Origin: Bacteroidota bacterium
GTDB lineage: Bacteria; Bacteroidota; Bacteroidia; Chitinophagales; Chitinophagaceae
DNA: 64,000 nt
Assembly: GCA_048498555.1 (NCBI GenBank)
Contig: JBEHXT010000002.1
Location: 139,075 to 203,074 of the forward strand
Reading direction: 5' to 3'
Shown here: in pieces, positions 19,288 to 28,649 of the stretch
Layout: each line of letters starts with the position of its first letter
How positions within the stretch are numbered: position 1 is the first letter of the stretch
The notes under the pieces: model-generated
Told to the model about the DNA's origin: nothing
The model's database searches: none
The model's input: only the letters and a program-made list of their open reading frames with translations
Position numbers and translations under genes: made by a program

Positions 19288-19447
19288 CTTTTAAGTTATC
19301 GCCTCTGTTTACCGTTGTAAATCCAAGCATCAACACAAGTGGCCAATATGTTTCTGTTTTATAAATCAAGAAAGCAGTTGCTATAACTATAACACAATTG
19401 GTTATGTTGTACCATATTAATGCTTGCTGATAGTCTTTATCATCCAC
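19256..19447 (-). CDS. Small membrane protein
   Basis: Two hydrophobic stretches; in operon orientation. Confidence 0.5.
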   Translation of the reverse strand: MDDKDYQQALIWYNITNCVIVIATAFLIYKTETYWPLVLMLGFTTVNRGDNLKDDNKTNQNDQ

Positions 19448-19465
19448 TGGGAACCTCCTTTTGAT

Positions 19466-19774
19466 TTACTTGTATTTAGTATTGAGAATACGCTTGACCT
19501 GTTTAGCGAAAGCCAAATCTGATTCTTTAAATAACAGGGCTCTGCCTTTATATGCAACTATTATTCCTAACCATTCCTTTCTATTGACACGGCAGTGCAT
19601 ACTGATGTAATTGACGATTTCCCGCTTTTTTAAATCCAAACACGGAAGTAGCTTGGCTTTATGCACCATGACTTTATCGTCGCCAAAGAATGTCCCATCT
19701 TTCAGCTTGCCAATAAACTTATCTATCTGCTTTTGGCTTAATGGCCTTTTGGTAATTGTTGATTTCTTTTGCAT
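19466..19774 (-). CDS. Hypothetical phage protein
   Basis: ORF track; tight packing with neighbours. Confidence 0.55.
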   Translation of the reverse strand: MQKKSTITKRPLSQKQIDKFIGKLKDGTFFGDDKVMVHKAKLLPCLDLKKREIVNYISMHCRVNRKEWLGIIVAYKGRALLFKESDLAFAKQVKRILNTKYK

Positions 19775-20022
19775 TATTTTGATTTTGTAGATTGTGCTAA
19801 TTCATTACTCCACGTCTTCTGCTCTTCCCATTTAGCGAGTGTTTTTTCAAAGTCGTGTTGTGTATGATCCAGTTCGTATTTTGCTTTTTTTATTCTTTTC
19901 CTTAATCCCCACCAGGAATGAACTTCAACTGTTACATTGTATACAACCGGTTCGTAGGTAAAGGCTAAGAATTCAGCGGGCTCGTATTTCAGAACCCGCC
20001 ATTTTTTAAAGGGTTGTTTCAT
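19774..20022 (-). CDS. Hypothetical phage protein
   Basis: ORF track; 1-nt stop/start overlap. Confidence 0.55.
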   Translation of the reverse strand: MKQPFKKWRVLKYEPAEFLAFTYEPVVYNVTVEVHSWWGLRKRIKKAKYELDHTQHDFEKTLAKWEEQKTWSNELAQSTKSK

Positions 20023-20025
20023 TGC

Positions 20026-20676
20026 TTATTCCCCCTCTTTTAATTTACTGGCCTCCGCCATTTCAAAGACTGGAAATATTAGAGCGCCTTTCAATACAGA
20101 CACTTTATTTATTTGAAGCAGTCCACCAAGCGTCCAATCACAACCAATGCCTTTTACGTAACGCCCAATGCAACTGAAATAAACTTTGTCTTGGGGATTT
20201 TCTACTTTATGTTCAATAAAGTCATAACCGCTTTGGATGTTACCACAAGACGGACACTTGAAAGCCCATTTTTTTGAATCGTCGCCAAACCTGTTTTTCA
20301 GTTCTTTGATCCAACCTTCATAGAGGATAACGCTTTCTGAATTTAGTAGTGGTTGATTGCTTTCCTGATAGTAATTCATATACCAGTATGATCTATCAGT
20401 CTCCCATATTTCCATTATCTCCTCTACTGTCTTGCCGGTCTTTTCTGCATAGTGTTTTGCCCGCTCAATAACCCACTTGTATTTATCACAATATTTGTGA
20501 GTGCACTTTGAAACAGATACACACTTAGTCGTCATTCCGAAGGCGATCATACTTGGATTTGTTTCTGGCACCATCCTCGTAAATTCATGGTCACAGCCAT
20601 TTTCATTAAAGCAGTTATTGTATTGCCTTGTGTCTTTCAGAACTGCTTCCCTAAAGCTTTCTATTCCTTTTTTCAT
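20026..20676 (-). CDS. VVA0879-like Cys-rich phage protein
   Basis: WAFKCPSCGNIQS..DF, CIGR and GCDWTLGGL motifs. Start moved to ATG 20676. Confidence 0.7.
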   Translation of the reverse strand: MKKGIESFREAVLKDTRQYNNCFNENGCDHEFTRMVPETNPSMIAFGMTTKCVSVSKCTHKYCDKYKWVIERAKHYAEKTGKTVEEIMEIWETDRSYWYMNYYQESNQPLLNSESVILYEGWIKELKNRFGDDSKKWAFKCPSCGNIQSGYDFIEHKVENPQDKVYFSCIGRYVKGIGCDWTLGGLLQINKVSVLKGALIFPVFEMAEASKLKEGE

Positions 20677-20677
20677 G

Positions 20678-20860
20678 CTATTCCTCCTTTTGCTTTTTAA
20701 TGTGATCTTCCAGTTTTTTAATTCTATCCTCCAGCGCTTTCTTTTCTGTATTCCGCTGAATACAAGCTTTACACCTTGCTTGAGGGTAAGGGAAAGAATA
20801 TCCGGTTGGAGTGAGCTTGCCGCCACAGTGCGGGCATTTTGGGCTGCTAAACCATCCCAT
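20678..20860 (-). CDS. Small zinc-ribbon protein
   Basis: CPHC...CKAC followed by a coiled coil. Start moved to ATG 20860. Confidence 0.55.
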   Translation of the reverse strand: MGWFSSPKCPHCGGKLTPTGYSFPYPQARCKACIQRNTEKKALEDRIKKLEDHIKKQKEE

Positions 20861-20861
20861 G

Positions 20862-21530
20862 CTATACCTCCTTTGGTTTATCGATCCGTTCAAAACTTAT
20901 TACCCATACCCATGGATTTGCATTCCAGCTTTCAGGGCCGTTAATGGATTCCCAGAGTGTTCCAAAAGACTTTTTAGCAGTTGTTACGCCCCAATCATCC
21001 CCATACACATCATTATAGGTGTAGTCTTTATAGTCTCCACTTTCATCACCATAATACAGTACACCTTCAGCCTTAGCATCTTCTTCGCTGATATCCTGCA
21101 GGCGTTCAACTCTTATATCTGTTATTTGCAGATAGATGCGGCATGCTGATTTCGGCATGTGGATTGATGGAATCCAAGGAACCATTTTCTCACTTCCATC
21201 CTTATTGAATATATGGAAGCCGTCACCATCACACAATGGCAATTGTTCAGCGGCACCATCAGCGGCATACTCTACAATTCGCTTTTCACTTTCTAATTCC
21301 ATGTAATGTCGATATGTTTCCCTCACCCAAAGAACATCGCCTGGTTTGCCGTAAGGGCATTTGATATACGCATGCTTAAGGTTGTCGGGGAACTCTGACC
21401 AATAACCCATATTTACATCATGTAAGGCGCCGTTGGGTTGAGGCTTAATTAACCTCCTTGTTTGTGTTTTCCTCCCGTCCAGAATAGCCTGAACCATAGG
21501 AGTGCTAAATAGTATTGGTATTTGTTTCAT
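20862..21530 (-). CDS. ASCH/PUA-like phage protein
   Basis: PILFSTPMVQAILDGRKTQTRR, CPYGKPGDVLWVRET and WIPSIHMPK motifs. Confidence 0.8.
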   Translation of the reverse strand: MKQIPILFSTPMVQAILDGRKTQTRRLIKPQPNGALHDVNMGYWSEFPDNLKHAYIKCPYGKPGDVLWVRETYRHYMELESEKRIVEYAADGAAEQLPLCDGDGFHIFNKDGSEKMVPWIPSIHMPKSACRIYLQITDIRVERLQDISEEDAKAEGVLYYGDESGDYKDYTYNDVYGDDWGVTTAKKSFGTLWESINGPESWNANPWVWVISFERIDKPKEV

Positions 21531-21835
21531 TTGTCAGTGATTTTTATTCCGTCGTGAACTTTGATAAAGCCACCTTTTTTCTCTTTCTTTCTGGGAATCA
21601 GATAGGCAATCCAGCCGAACCAGCGATTAATCCGGTTTACCGTTCGCATAATTGCCTTGAACTGCCGATCATCTTCCTCAGTTAGTAAGTTTTGACCACA
21701 TTGAGGGCAAGGCATGTTTATGTACATGTCTGTATATGCATTTGGATCGCCCGTTGGATTCGGAATTGTAAAATCACATTTTGGGTTATCACACTCAATG
21801 AGATTGTCCATTTTCATTTCAATCAGCTTTTTCAT
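21527..21835 (-). CDS. Hypothetical Cys-containing phage protein
   Basis: CDNPKC...CPQC; overlaps its neighbours by 4 nt. Confidence 0.6.
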   Translation of the reverse strand: MKKLIEMKMDNLIECDNPKCDFTIPNPTGDPNAYTDMYINMPCPQCGQNLLTEEDDRQFKAIMRTVNRINRWFGWIAYLIPRKKEKKGGFIKVHDGIKITDK

Positions 21836-22110
21836 ATCCTGGCCGGTTTTAATTTTTTGAAATTTGCATCGCCCTTATAGCCTTTCGGCTTCACAGCGCC
21901 TTTCTTTACTCCGAACATTTCGTCATATTTAGCGGCAATGAATGTTCTGCCTCCTGTGCACTCGTAGTAGTCTACGCCGTCTTTTTTAAACTTTCGAACT
22001 ACTTCCGGCCTTGTGATCGTTGGCCTGCTTATTACAAAGGCGTGTTCGCCGCTATTTTTTACCATTTTCATTTCTGATGAATTTTGTGTTTCGTTTTGTC
22101 CTGAATCCAT
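21832..22110 (-). CDS. Hypothetical phage protein
   Basis: ORF track; the real start may be ~37 nt downstream (MKMVKN). Confidence 0.5.
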   Translation of the reverse strand: MDSGQNETQNSSEMKMVKNSGEHAFVISRPTITRPEVVRKFKKDGVDYYECTGGRTFIAAKYDEMFGVKKGAVKPKGYKGDANFKKLKPARI

Positions 22111-22429
22111 TTCTTACCGCCCAATCATGATGTTTCTCACAATACCCGTTGCATGCATTACATGAAGCCTGGCCATTCGCTATGTCCAGCAGCTTTTCTT
22201 TTGTCTCTTTGCCGGCCGCATGATTAAAACCTTCTGCATGTTTTGTGCACACTGGTGATCTTATCTGGCAGGGCTTACCTTTCCAAACTGGACGGCTGAC
22301 TTTTGCATATTCCCGGTTAATTGGCTTACGCTTTTCCGATACTTTGGCGATCGGCTTCATTTCTTTTTTGTTGTCTACAGATCGGCCAAAGCATTTTTTT
22401 GCCTGTAGTGATTGTATGAATGGTGTCAT
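22052..22429 (-). CDS. HNH-like/NinG-like zinc-binding protein
   Basis: CQIRSPVC...HAAG...CNACN..CE.H pattern. Start moved to ATG 22429. Confidence 0.55.
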   Translation of the reverse strand: MTPFIQSLQAKKCFGRSVDNKKEMKPIAKVSEKRKPINREYAKVSRPVWKGKPCQIRSPVCTKHAEGFNHAAGKETKEKLLDIANGQASCNACNGYCEKHHDWAVRNGFRTKRNTKFIRNENGKK

Positions 22430-22439
22430 GATTTTGTTT

Positions 22440-23285
22440 TTAAGCGATTTCGCAATAACCGTCATCGCAACCCTCAAAGTCCGAAAACAATATTCCTTGC
22501 TTTGCCATTTTTATTATGTCTGAGTATTTTACATCCGCTTTCCAATAGCCGTTTTCACCACCTTCCTGACTGGCTGCCCATCGTATCTTACGAGGATCTT
22601 GCTCATACATATATCTTAAGAAGTAAGCGTTACGATTAAAACAAAAGTGACAGTTATTGTAATCTGCAAACCTCACAGGCTTGCCTTTCCAGAATCGAGC
22701 AATGTCTTGTTTGTAAATTCCTTCTTCAATCAATGGAAAACTAGGTTTCCTCCAGGGAATGGTTGCCCATTTAAAGCGACGGCTTTTTATCATCTGCGCA
22801 ACGGTTCCCTCGAATTCGCTTAAACCGTCCGCGTTACATGCCGATAACATGTCATTTGCGCGTGAAACTTCATGAGCCCGGTAGCCTATTTGCATTATCA
22901 CAGGATCCATTGAGAATCTTATTTTCCACCAATTGAATATTGGCACCATCTTGAGTTCTGTTGTACAGTAACGGTTCATTTTGTTAGGCAACCAACCACC
23001 TTTCAATTTGATTGCCTCTTCAAATGTTATCCCTGTTACCCAAGTAACCTGCTGTCCTAAGTACTGTTCGAGGTCCAGCATCGTGTAAATAATTGTATCA
23101 TCTTCTGCGGTTGCGATGAAAGGGGCTTCAATTCTATCCTCAACTAGCTGTCTTACTTTTTCGTCCTTAAATCTGCAGCTTTCATCTTCTATCCGAACCA
23201 ATGAAAACACAAGGTCATCTGATGGATAGTTTGCTGCCAGGTATGCGCTTGTTCTGCCTCCACTTACTGATGTTACTGTCTTCAT
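22440..23285 (-). CDS. PAPS-reductase-like PP-loop protein
   Basis: N-terminal SVSGGRTSAYL PP-loop; RYCT, NNCHFCF and terminal CDDGYC cysteine motifs. Confidence 0.8.
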   Translation of the reverse strand: MKTVTSVSGGRTSAYLAANYPSDDLVFSLVRIEDESCRFKDEKVRQLVEDRIEAPFIATAEDDTIIYTMLDLEQYLGQQVTWVTGITFEEAIKLKGGWLPNKMNRYCTTELKMVPIFNWWKIRFSMDPVIMQIGYRAHEVSRANDMLSACNADGLSEFEGTVAQMIKSRRFKWATIPWRKPSFPLIEEGIYKQDIARFWKGKPVRFADYNNCHFCFNRNAYFLRYMYEQDPRKIRWAASQEGGENGYWKADVKYSDIIKMAKQGILFSDFEGCDDGYCEIA

Positions 23286-25258
23286 TAGGCTGCTTTGACT
23301 TTTGATTCAATAAGTTTACCTGCCAACTCTTCTGCCCATGCCTTAACCACATGAGGCACTACACTGTTACCGATGAACTTCTTTTGATCGGATTGATTGC
23401 CGGCAAGAACATAGTTGTCCGGAAATCCTTGGATCTTTAAAAGCTCATTCACCCGGAGCATTCGCATTTTGATATCAACCAAACCAAAAGCAGCCATGAA
23501 TTGCTTTATCTTGATCATGCAGGGCGTATCACCTTCATAAATCGCAACCTTTACAGGCCCTTGTTCAACCTGAACGAAATACAATGGCGCCTTGTCTTGT
23601 CTGGCAACAACTACGCAGCATGGCTCTTCAACACTACCAGGATTCCCGCCCCATGAAGGATTTACGATGTAGTGATGCTTCCTTCCCGCTAACACAGTTG
23701 GACATGGTTCTTCTATCGACTTCGGTGTGTTGTCGTAGTTGGTAGGCATGATAAAAGGAGTAGCTTCTACCAGATTCAATTTCGGATTGGCCAGCAATGC
23801 GCCTGCAGGCTGATCAACCGACTGATGATTTCTTTCTCCTGAATACTGCTTATCCAAAAAGAATTGTGGTTTAACAAAGCCTAGCTTATCTTTCGTTACC
23901 AACGTGGGAGCCGGATCGTTAAGATCATTGTGATCACTGCTGTGATTGTAGTTCAACAGAAATTCCGGCTGCACTAAATTGAATCTGTCTTTTGTGGGCA
24001 CGGTCGGGCACGGACTATTTACGGATGAACAGTTGTCGCCATTGCCATAATATGCCGAAAGAAACTTTGTTTGAACCAGAGATTGATTGCCGAACGTTGT
24101 CACTGTAGAAGCCGGATCATTCACACTATTTACTTTTCCCGCAGGCCTGCCAGAGAAATACTTGCTTATAAAAGACCTGTCACCCTTGGCCACGTATTTA
24201 ACGAGGCCTGCATATATCCTTTCCAGCGTCTTTTCTGATAGTGGCTTTTGCCTGGCAAAAATGCTCTCGCCCTCATCTGTAAAATCAAGAACATCCTTTA
24301 CTGGTTTCCATTTGTGTAATGCAGCGCCAAACAAGCTGCCAGTTGATGGCTTTTTAGAGTGTGTTGCTTCCGGCCAACAGATAGGAAACTCAGGTTTTGC
24401 AAAACAGCCAAACAATCTATTGCGAGAAGTGTAAGCACCGAAATCCGCGCTGTTCAATTCTTTCCATTCATCCCGGTAACCATATGAGCACATTTCCCTG
24501 CACCACCTCATATAATCTTGGCCATTCTTCCTCGACTCTGGGACACCTTGCCAAAGAACTTTTATGCCACCTGTTTTGCGCTTAATAGGCTCATCATCCA
24601 AACACTCCCCGTCAGAATACACAGCTTCCATTATAAGCTCGCCTTCATCATTGTAAACGTATTCCCAATCTTCAATGAACTGAACATTACAGCACGGATA
24701 ACCGTCGGTTGACTTTACAACCTTAGCAATTAGCGGTCCCCAGCTCATGAACTCAACCACATTTTCAATTTGCACATAGTCCGGATTAATAGCCTCAACA
24801 TATCGGAAGAGATGATCCGCAAGGGTGCGACTATCAGCGTCGCGCGGCAAACCGCCTTTTGCTTTGCTGAAGTTTGTGCACTCCAACGATGCCCATAGTA
24901 TCAATACTGCATTTGGGTAAAGCTGCCTGTAATGATTTACAATTCGGATGAGTGGCATCAGATTCAAGGTCCTTATGTCTTCCAGAAAGTGCAGAACCCA
25001 TGGATGATTAAACCAGTGACTTTCTATTGCTTTCGAATCATGGTTAACACAAGCAATAACTTTTGCTACCTTTCTTCCGAGTATTTCGGCGAGTTCAAAT
25101 CCGGTCGTCGTTCCACCAGCTCCGCAAAACAAATCCACAATTAAAAAAGCTGGATCTTCTTTATCCTTAGTTATCCTCTTAAGAACATCATCGACATTAT
25201 GCGGTCCGATCTTTATTTTGCTTAGCTCCGCATCCTTGATACTTTTTGTCTTTACCAT
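23285..25258 (-). CDS. C5 cytosine DNA methyltransferase with an expanded, repeated target-recognition region
   Basis: Motif I DLFCGAGG, motif IV variant ASLECTNFS, motif VI IENVVEF, motif VIII YTSRNRLF and motif X IGNSV. Start moved to ATG 25258. Confidence 0.92.
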   Translation of the reverse strand: MVKTKSIKDAELSKIKIGPHNVDDVLKRITKDKEDPAFLIVDLFCGAGGTTTGFELAEILGRKVAKVIACVNHDSKAIESHWFNHPWVLHFLEDIRTLNLMPLIRIVNHYRQLYPNAVLILWASLECTNFSKAKGGLPRDADSRTLADHLFRYVEAINPDYVQIENVVEFMSWGPLIAKVVKSTDGYPCCNVQFIEDWEYVYNDEGELIMEAVYSDGECLDDEPIKRKTGGIKVLWQGVPESRKNGQDYMRWCREMCSYGYRDEWKELNSADFGAYTSRNRLFGCFAKPEFPICWPEATHSKKPSTGSLFGAALHKWKPVKDVLDFTDEGESIFARQKPLSEKTLERIYAGLVKYVAKGDRSFISKYFSGRPAGKVNSVNDPASTVTTFGNQSLVQTKFLSAYYGNGDNCSSVNSPCPTVPTKDRFNLVQPEFLLNYNHSSDHNDLNDPAPTLVTKDKLGFVKPQFFLDKQYSGERNHQSVDQPAGALLANPKLNLVEATPFIMPTNYDNTPKSIEEPCPTVLAGRKHHYIVNPSWGGNPGSVEEPCCVVVARQDKAPLYFVQVEQGPVKVAIYEGDTPCMIKIKQFMAAFGLVDIKMRMLRVNELLKIQGFPDNYVLAGNQSDQKKFIGNSVVPHVVKAWAEELAGKLIESKVKAA

Positions 25259-25259
25259 G

Positions 25260-26123
25260 CTACTTGTCTTGAATAAATAAGTTTTTAATTCCTTTCTGTT
25301 TTGCCTCACTATACAGATACTTCACCGACAGCTTTTTTGCCAAGGCAATCACCAAATAATTATCATCACCTGCCAGATCTGCGATTTTGTTTTGCATAGC
25401 GGCCACACTGCGTTTGTCGCCCCTCATATTCGCTTCCACGATTTCTTCCTGGTATTTTAGGAAAAGCGCCCTTTCGGCTTTGTCCATGAAGTCGCGGAAG
25501 ACATCCTTATCCATCATCTGGCAATTCACGAATTCGTCGTACAGTTGTTCTGGCCAAAGCAATAGGTTGTATGTGCCGGAGAGATAACGCTGGTAGTATA
25601 GCTCACACAGTTCTTTCCAGTCTGTGGGAGATGGCGGCAATGCACTCAGTTCGTGATGTCGTTGCTTATCGGTAAACTCTCTTACTTGCGCTCTCTTTTG
25701 CAAGTAAGGTTGCAACACTTTGTCAAGCATGTTAAGATTAAAGACCTTACCCCAATCTTCTATACCGGTACCGTTTTGACGGAAAGCATATTCGACTTCT
25801 TCCATGTTAAGGCTGCTATAATCCTCCATCAATTTCTTTTCAAGCTGATTATATAACACTTGTTTATGAGCTTCATTGTCAGGCATCAGCCAGCCAGTAA
25901 TTACATGAATGTTGAATAACATCAGTTTTATGTTCTTACTGATATCTATACCTGGCATTTTACCAAATGGCCTACTGACATATTGGAGCTGGTTGACTTT
26001 GTTTTCATCCGCCGTTAATGCCCCATTCTTCTGCGAGGTCGTTAAGGATCCCGTAAGCTCCTTGTGATTTTGCACCTGCAGATTTGCCGTTTGTGTGCTG
26101 AGATGTTTTGAAAGACTCTCCAT
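25260..26123 (-). CDS. Hypothetical protein following the replication initiator (possible helicase loader/accessory)
   Basis: Synteny only. Start moved to ATG 26123. Confidence 0.45.
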   Translation of the reverse strand: MESLSKHLSTQTANLQVQNHKELTGSLTTSQKNGALTADENKVNQLQYVSRPFGKMPGIDISKNIKLMLFNIHVITGWLMPDNEAHKQVLYNQLEKKLMEDYSSLNMEEVEYAFRQNGTGIEDWGKVFNLNMLDKVLQPYLQKRAQVREFTDKQRHHELSALPPSPTDWKELCELYYQRYLSGTYNLLLWPEQLYDEFVNCQMMDKDVFRDFMDKAERALFLKYQEEIVEANMRGDKRSVAAMQNKIADLAGDDNYLVIALAKKLSVKYLYSEAKQKGIKNLFIQDK

Positions 26124-26784
26124 CTTTTTCTTTTTTAATTTTTTGCTCCGCTTTGTAGAAATTTGGCATCCAGAAAAGAAAATGTTTACGTGCTTTCGGT
26201 AGGTCCAAGTATTTTTCACCGACGTTTTGCCAATACCAAAGTTTTATGCCGAGGCTAAATTTTTCGGCGACCAACCCTTTTTGTTTCCAGTTCATTTGTA
26301 GCCCTACATCAACTTCGAACAGCGCACAAATTTTTTCTTCTGAAAATTTTTCATTTCCAATTTGAATTGCCGATGCAGTATCATCATCTACTATTATTTG
26401 TTTTTGTTTTATGTTGTCTGGCGGTTTTTCGCCCGAAAGGCTACCTGATTCACTACCCACTTGGCTACCCGAAAGGCTACCCGATTCACTGTATTTTTTA
26501 CAGGTGTTTGGGAAGTGTATCCTGTATTCTGTATTATTACCTTTTGTTCCGGACTTGAAATCTATAAGCCCCACCTGCTTTAGTTTGTTCCGATATTTAA
26601 TAAGGCTCTTTTCTTGTATGCCCAAATACCCACAACAAAGCTGATTCGATAGATTGAACGGATTCTTCCAGGCAAGGCGATTACATTTGTGTAATAGAAA
26701 CAAATAGTATTCGCCTTCAGAACCCAGTAAAATGCCTTGTTCCCTCAAGTCCCAGTATTGGTTAATTAGCTCTAAATAATTCAT
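26005..26784 (-). CDS. Phage replication initiator (DnaD-like winged HTH N-terminus)
   Basis: MNYLELINQYW...YYLFLLHKCNRLAWKNPF...RNKLKQVGLIDF pattern plus internal repeats. Start moved to ATG 26784. Confidence 0.78.
   Translation of the reverse strand: MNYLELINQYWDLREQGILLGSEGEYYLFLLHKCNRLAWKNPFNLSNQLCCGYLGIQEKSLIKYRNKLKQVGLIDFKSGTKGNNTEYRIHFPNTCKKYSESGSLSGSQVGSESGSLSGEKPPDNIKQKQIIVDDDTASAIQIGNEKFSEEKICALFEVDVGLQMNWKQKGLVAEKFSLGIKLWYWQNVGEKYLDLPKARKHFLFWMPNFYKAEQKIKKEKDGESFKTSQHTNGKSAGAKSQGAYGILNDLAEEWGINGG
26432..26490. repeat. Iteron-like direct repeats (putative phage origin) inside the initiator gene
   Basis: CCCGAAAGGCTACC(T/C)GATTCACT at 26432-26454 and 26468-26490; CTACC recurs with a 12-bp period. 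Confidence 0.6.
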
Positions 26785-26812
26785 TGGATACTGCTGACTT
26801 AAATACACATTC

Positions 26813-27067
26813 TTAAATCGTAACACCTTCGCCGATCGCCTTTCTTACCGCATACTTCTTACCCGTTTCTTTATGATAAGCGTACTCTTTGGTAGCGACC
26901 TTTGTAAATAATCGTCGTGGAACGATACCTAAGAAATTTGCTGCTGCTGTTGCTGTTCTGAAATACTGGCGCTGTTTTCTTCTTTCTTCGACATTCTCGA
27001 TACTCATGTCATATAGCCATACAGGGTATGATTCGAATGAGCATTGAAGTCCTGGCATTGCTCTCAT
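26813..27067 (-). CDS. Hypothetical phage protein
   Basis: ORF track; operon packing. Confidence 0.55.
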   Translation of the reverse strand: MRAMPGLQCSFESYPVWLYDMSIENVEERRKQRQYFRTATAAANFLGIVPRRLFTKVATKEYAYHKETGKKYAVRKAIGEGVTI

Positions 27068-27294
27068 TGGTTATCTTTTTTGCTGTTTACAGTTGCATGC
27101 ATCCTGTCCATATCTTGAAGCCCTTTGTCATATGCCCGATTCCATAATATTTCCAATGCTTTTTCAACCTTTTCTATTCCCTTAGTTCCTTCTCGATACT
27201 GGAGCTGTTGCAGTGCTATTCCTATTGCTTTTTCTTTTTCCGTTGGTGCTGCGTCTTTGAGCAGTGGCCACGGAGGTGAGTTAACTCGTATCAT
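27064..27294 (-). CDS. Hypothetical phage protein
   Basis: ORF track; operon packing. Confidence 0.55.
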   Translation of the reverse strand: MIRVNSPPWPLLKDAAPTEKEKAIGIALQQLQYREGTKGIEKVEKALEILWNRAYDKGLQDMDRMHATVNSKKDNQ

Positions 27295-27298
27295 ACTT

Positions 27299-28348
27299 TC
27301 AGTTTATAACAGTCACATTATTAAAAACACCTAGCTCATTACCTAGTCTCCGTTTTGCTATTTCGACATACTCCGGATTTAGTTCTATTCCAATAAAATT
27401 TCTTCCAAGCTTACTTGCTACCAGACCAGTAGTGCCGGCACCGAAAAATGGATCAAGAACAACTCCGCCTTGTGGACATCCGGCTTTAATACAATAAGCT
27501 GGTAACGCTTCTGGGAATGTTGCAAAATGAGCTTCCGAGAATGGACGGGTTGCTATTTCCCATACTGATCGTTTATTAGCTGTCAATTGTGGCTGATATT
27601 CACGATTCGTAGACTTACGAAACATCGGATCGAAATCATTCATTTCGCTGAAATCTCTTTTACGGCCGCCAACTACAGCTTTCATTGTCCCATTTGTTTT
27701 GCCAGGCACTCTGCCCGACCCACTTTGCAGTTCGATATTCTGAGCAAGGCGTAGCTCAGATGACTTTTTCATCGGCATTCGAATCGCATCCTGGTCGAAA
27801 TAATATGTCTTACTTTTTGATAAAAGGAAAATGTACTCGTGAGATTTGGTGCACCTGTCCTTCACTGATTCCGGCATTGGGTTAGGTTTGCTCCAAATAA
27901 TATCCTGTCTTAAATACCATCCGGCGTTTCTTAAAGCAAATGCCAACATCCACGGTATGCCTATCAAATCTTTTGGCTTTAATCCATCGATAGGTCTATC
28001 ATTCGGGCGTATAGTCCCTGGCGCTGTTGCGACCAAGGCCTTGGAGTTTAAAACATTCTCAGCACCGGCATAGGCAACACTCGCTCCATTCACTCCTTTT
28101 CCTCCATAATACGTATCGCCCATATTCAGCCATAGAGTGCCTTCATCCTTAAGTATTCGTCTCCCTTCTTCAAAAACGTCAACCATAATCTTAATAAACA
28201 AATCAGGCGTTTCTTCCATTCCAATTTGCTCATCCATTCCATAGTTTCTAAGCGCCCAATATGGAGGTGATGTCACTATACAATCGACTGATCCATCAGC
28301 AATAGCCTTTAGTTTATCCAGAGCATTTCCTATGTATATTGTATTCAT
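27299..28348 (-). CDS. N4-cytosine/N6-adenine DNA methyltransferase (beta class)
   Basis: Catalytic TSPPY near the N-terminus; HFATFP and SAM-binding VLDPFFGAGTT near the C-terminus. Confidence 0.93.
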   Translation of the reverse strand: MNTIYIGNALDKLKAIADGSVDCIVTSPPYWALRNYGMDEQIGMEETPDLFIKIMVDVFEEGRRILKDEGTLWLNMGDTYYGGKGVNGASVAYAGAENVLNSKALVATAPGTIRPNDRPIDGLKPKDLIGIPWMLAFALRNAGWYLRQDIIWSKPNPMPESVKDRCTKSHEYIFLLSKSKTYYFDQDAIRMPMKKSSELRLAQNIELQSGSGRVPGKTNGTMKAVVGGRKRDFSEMNDFDPMFRKSTNREYQPQLTANKRSVWEIATRPFSEAHFATFPEALPAYCIKAGCPQGGVVLDPFFGAGTTGLVASKLGRNFIGIELNPEYVEIAKRRLGNELGVFNNVTVIN

Positions 28349-28353
28349 CTTTC

Positions 28354-28626
28354 CTAACCTATTTTGAAATTTTCCAAGAATCTAATTGCCATCGCCGCAG
28401 TCTTTACAGCTTTATCATAAATTGCTTGCACTTGTACTTCCTGAACTAACTCACTTCCGGATCTTTCATATTTCCATTCTAAGCTTGCATTCATCAGCTC
28501 ACCAGCTTCTTTTGAAACAATGCCAGCCTGTGCAGCAACATGATCCGGCCAATTCGGTTGTTTCTTTTTTGCTTTCTTTAGTTCTGCGGATATGTCCTGC
28601 ATTATTTTGTTGGCTGGCATTGTCAT
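28354..28626 (-). CDS. MazG-like/all-helical NTP pyrophosphatase-like small protein
   Basis: KEAGEL...AVKTAAMAIRFL resembles this fold, but some acidic residues are missing. Confidence 0.4.
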   Translation of the reverse strand: MTMPANKIMQDISAELKKAKKKQPNWPDHVAAQAGIVSKEAGELMNASLEWKYERSGSELVQEVQVQAIYDKAVKTAAMAIRFLENFKIG

Positions 28627-28649
28627 TTGAAGCAGCTTGTTGTTGAGTG

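Noticed and set aside
23285-28348. Restriction-modification system
   Set aside because: No restriction endonuclease or specificity subunit is adjacent; these are orphan phage methyltransferases.
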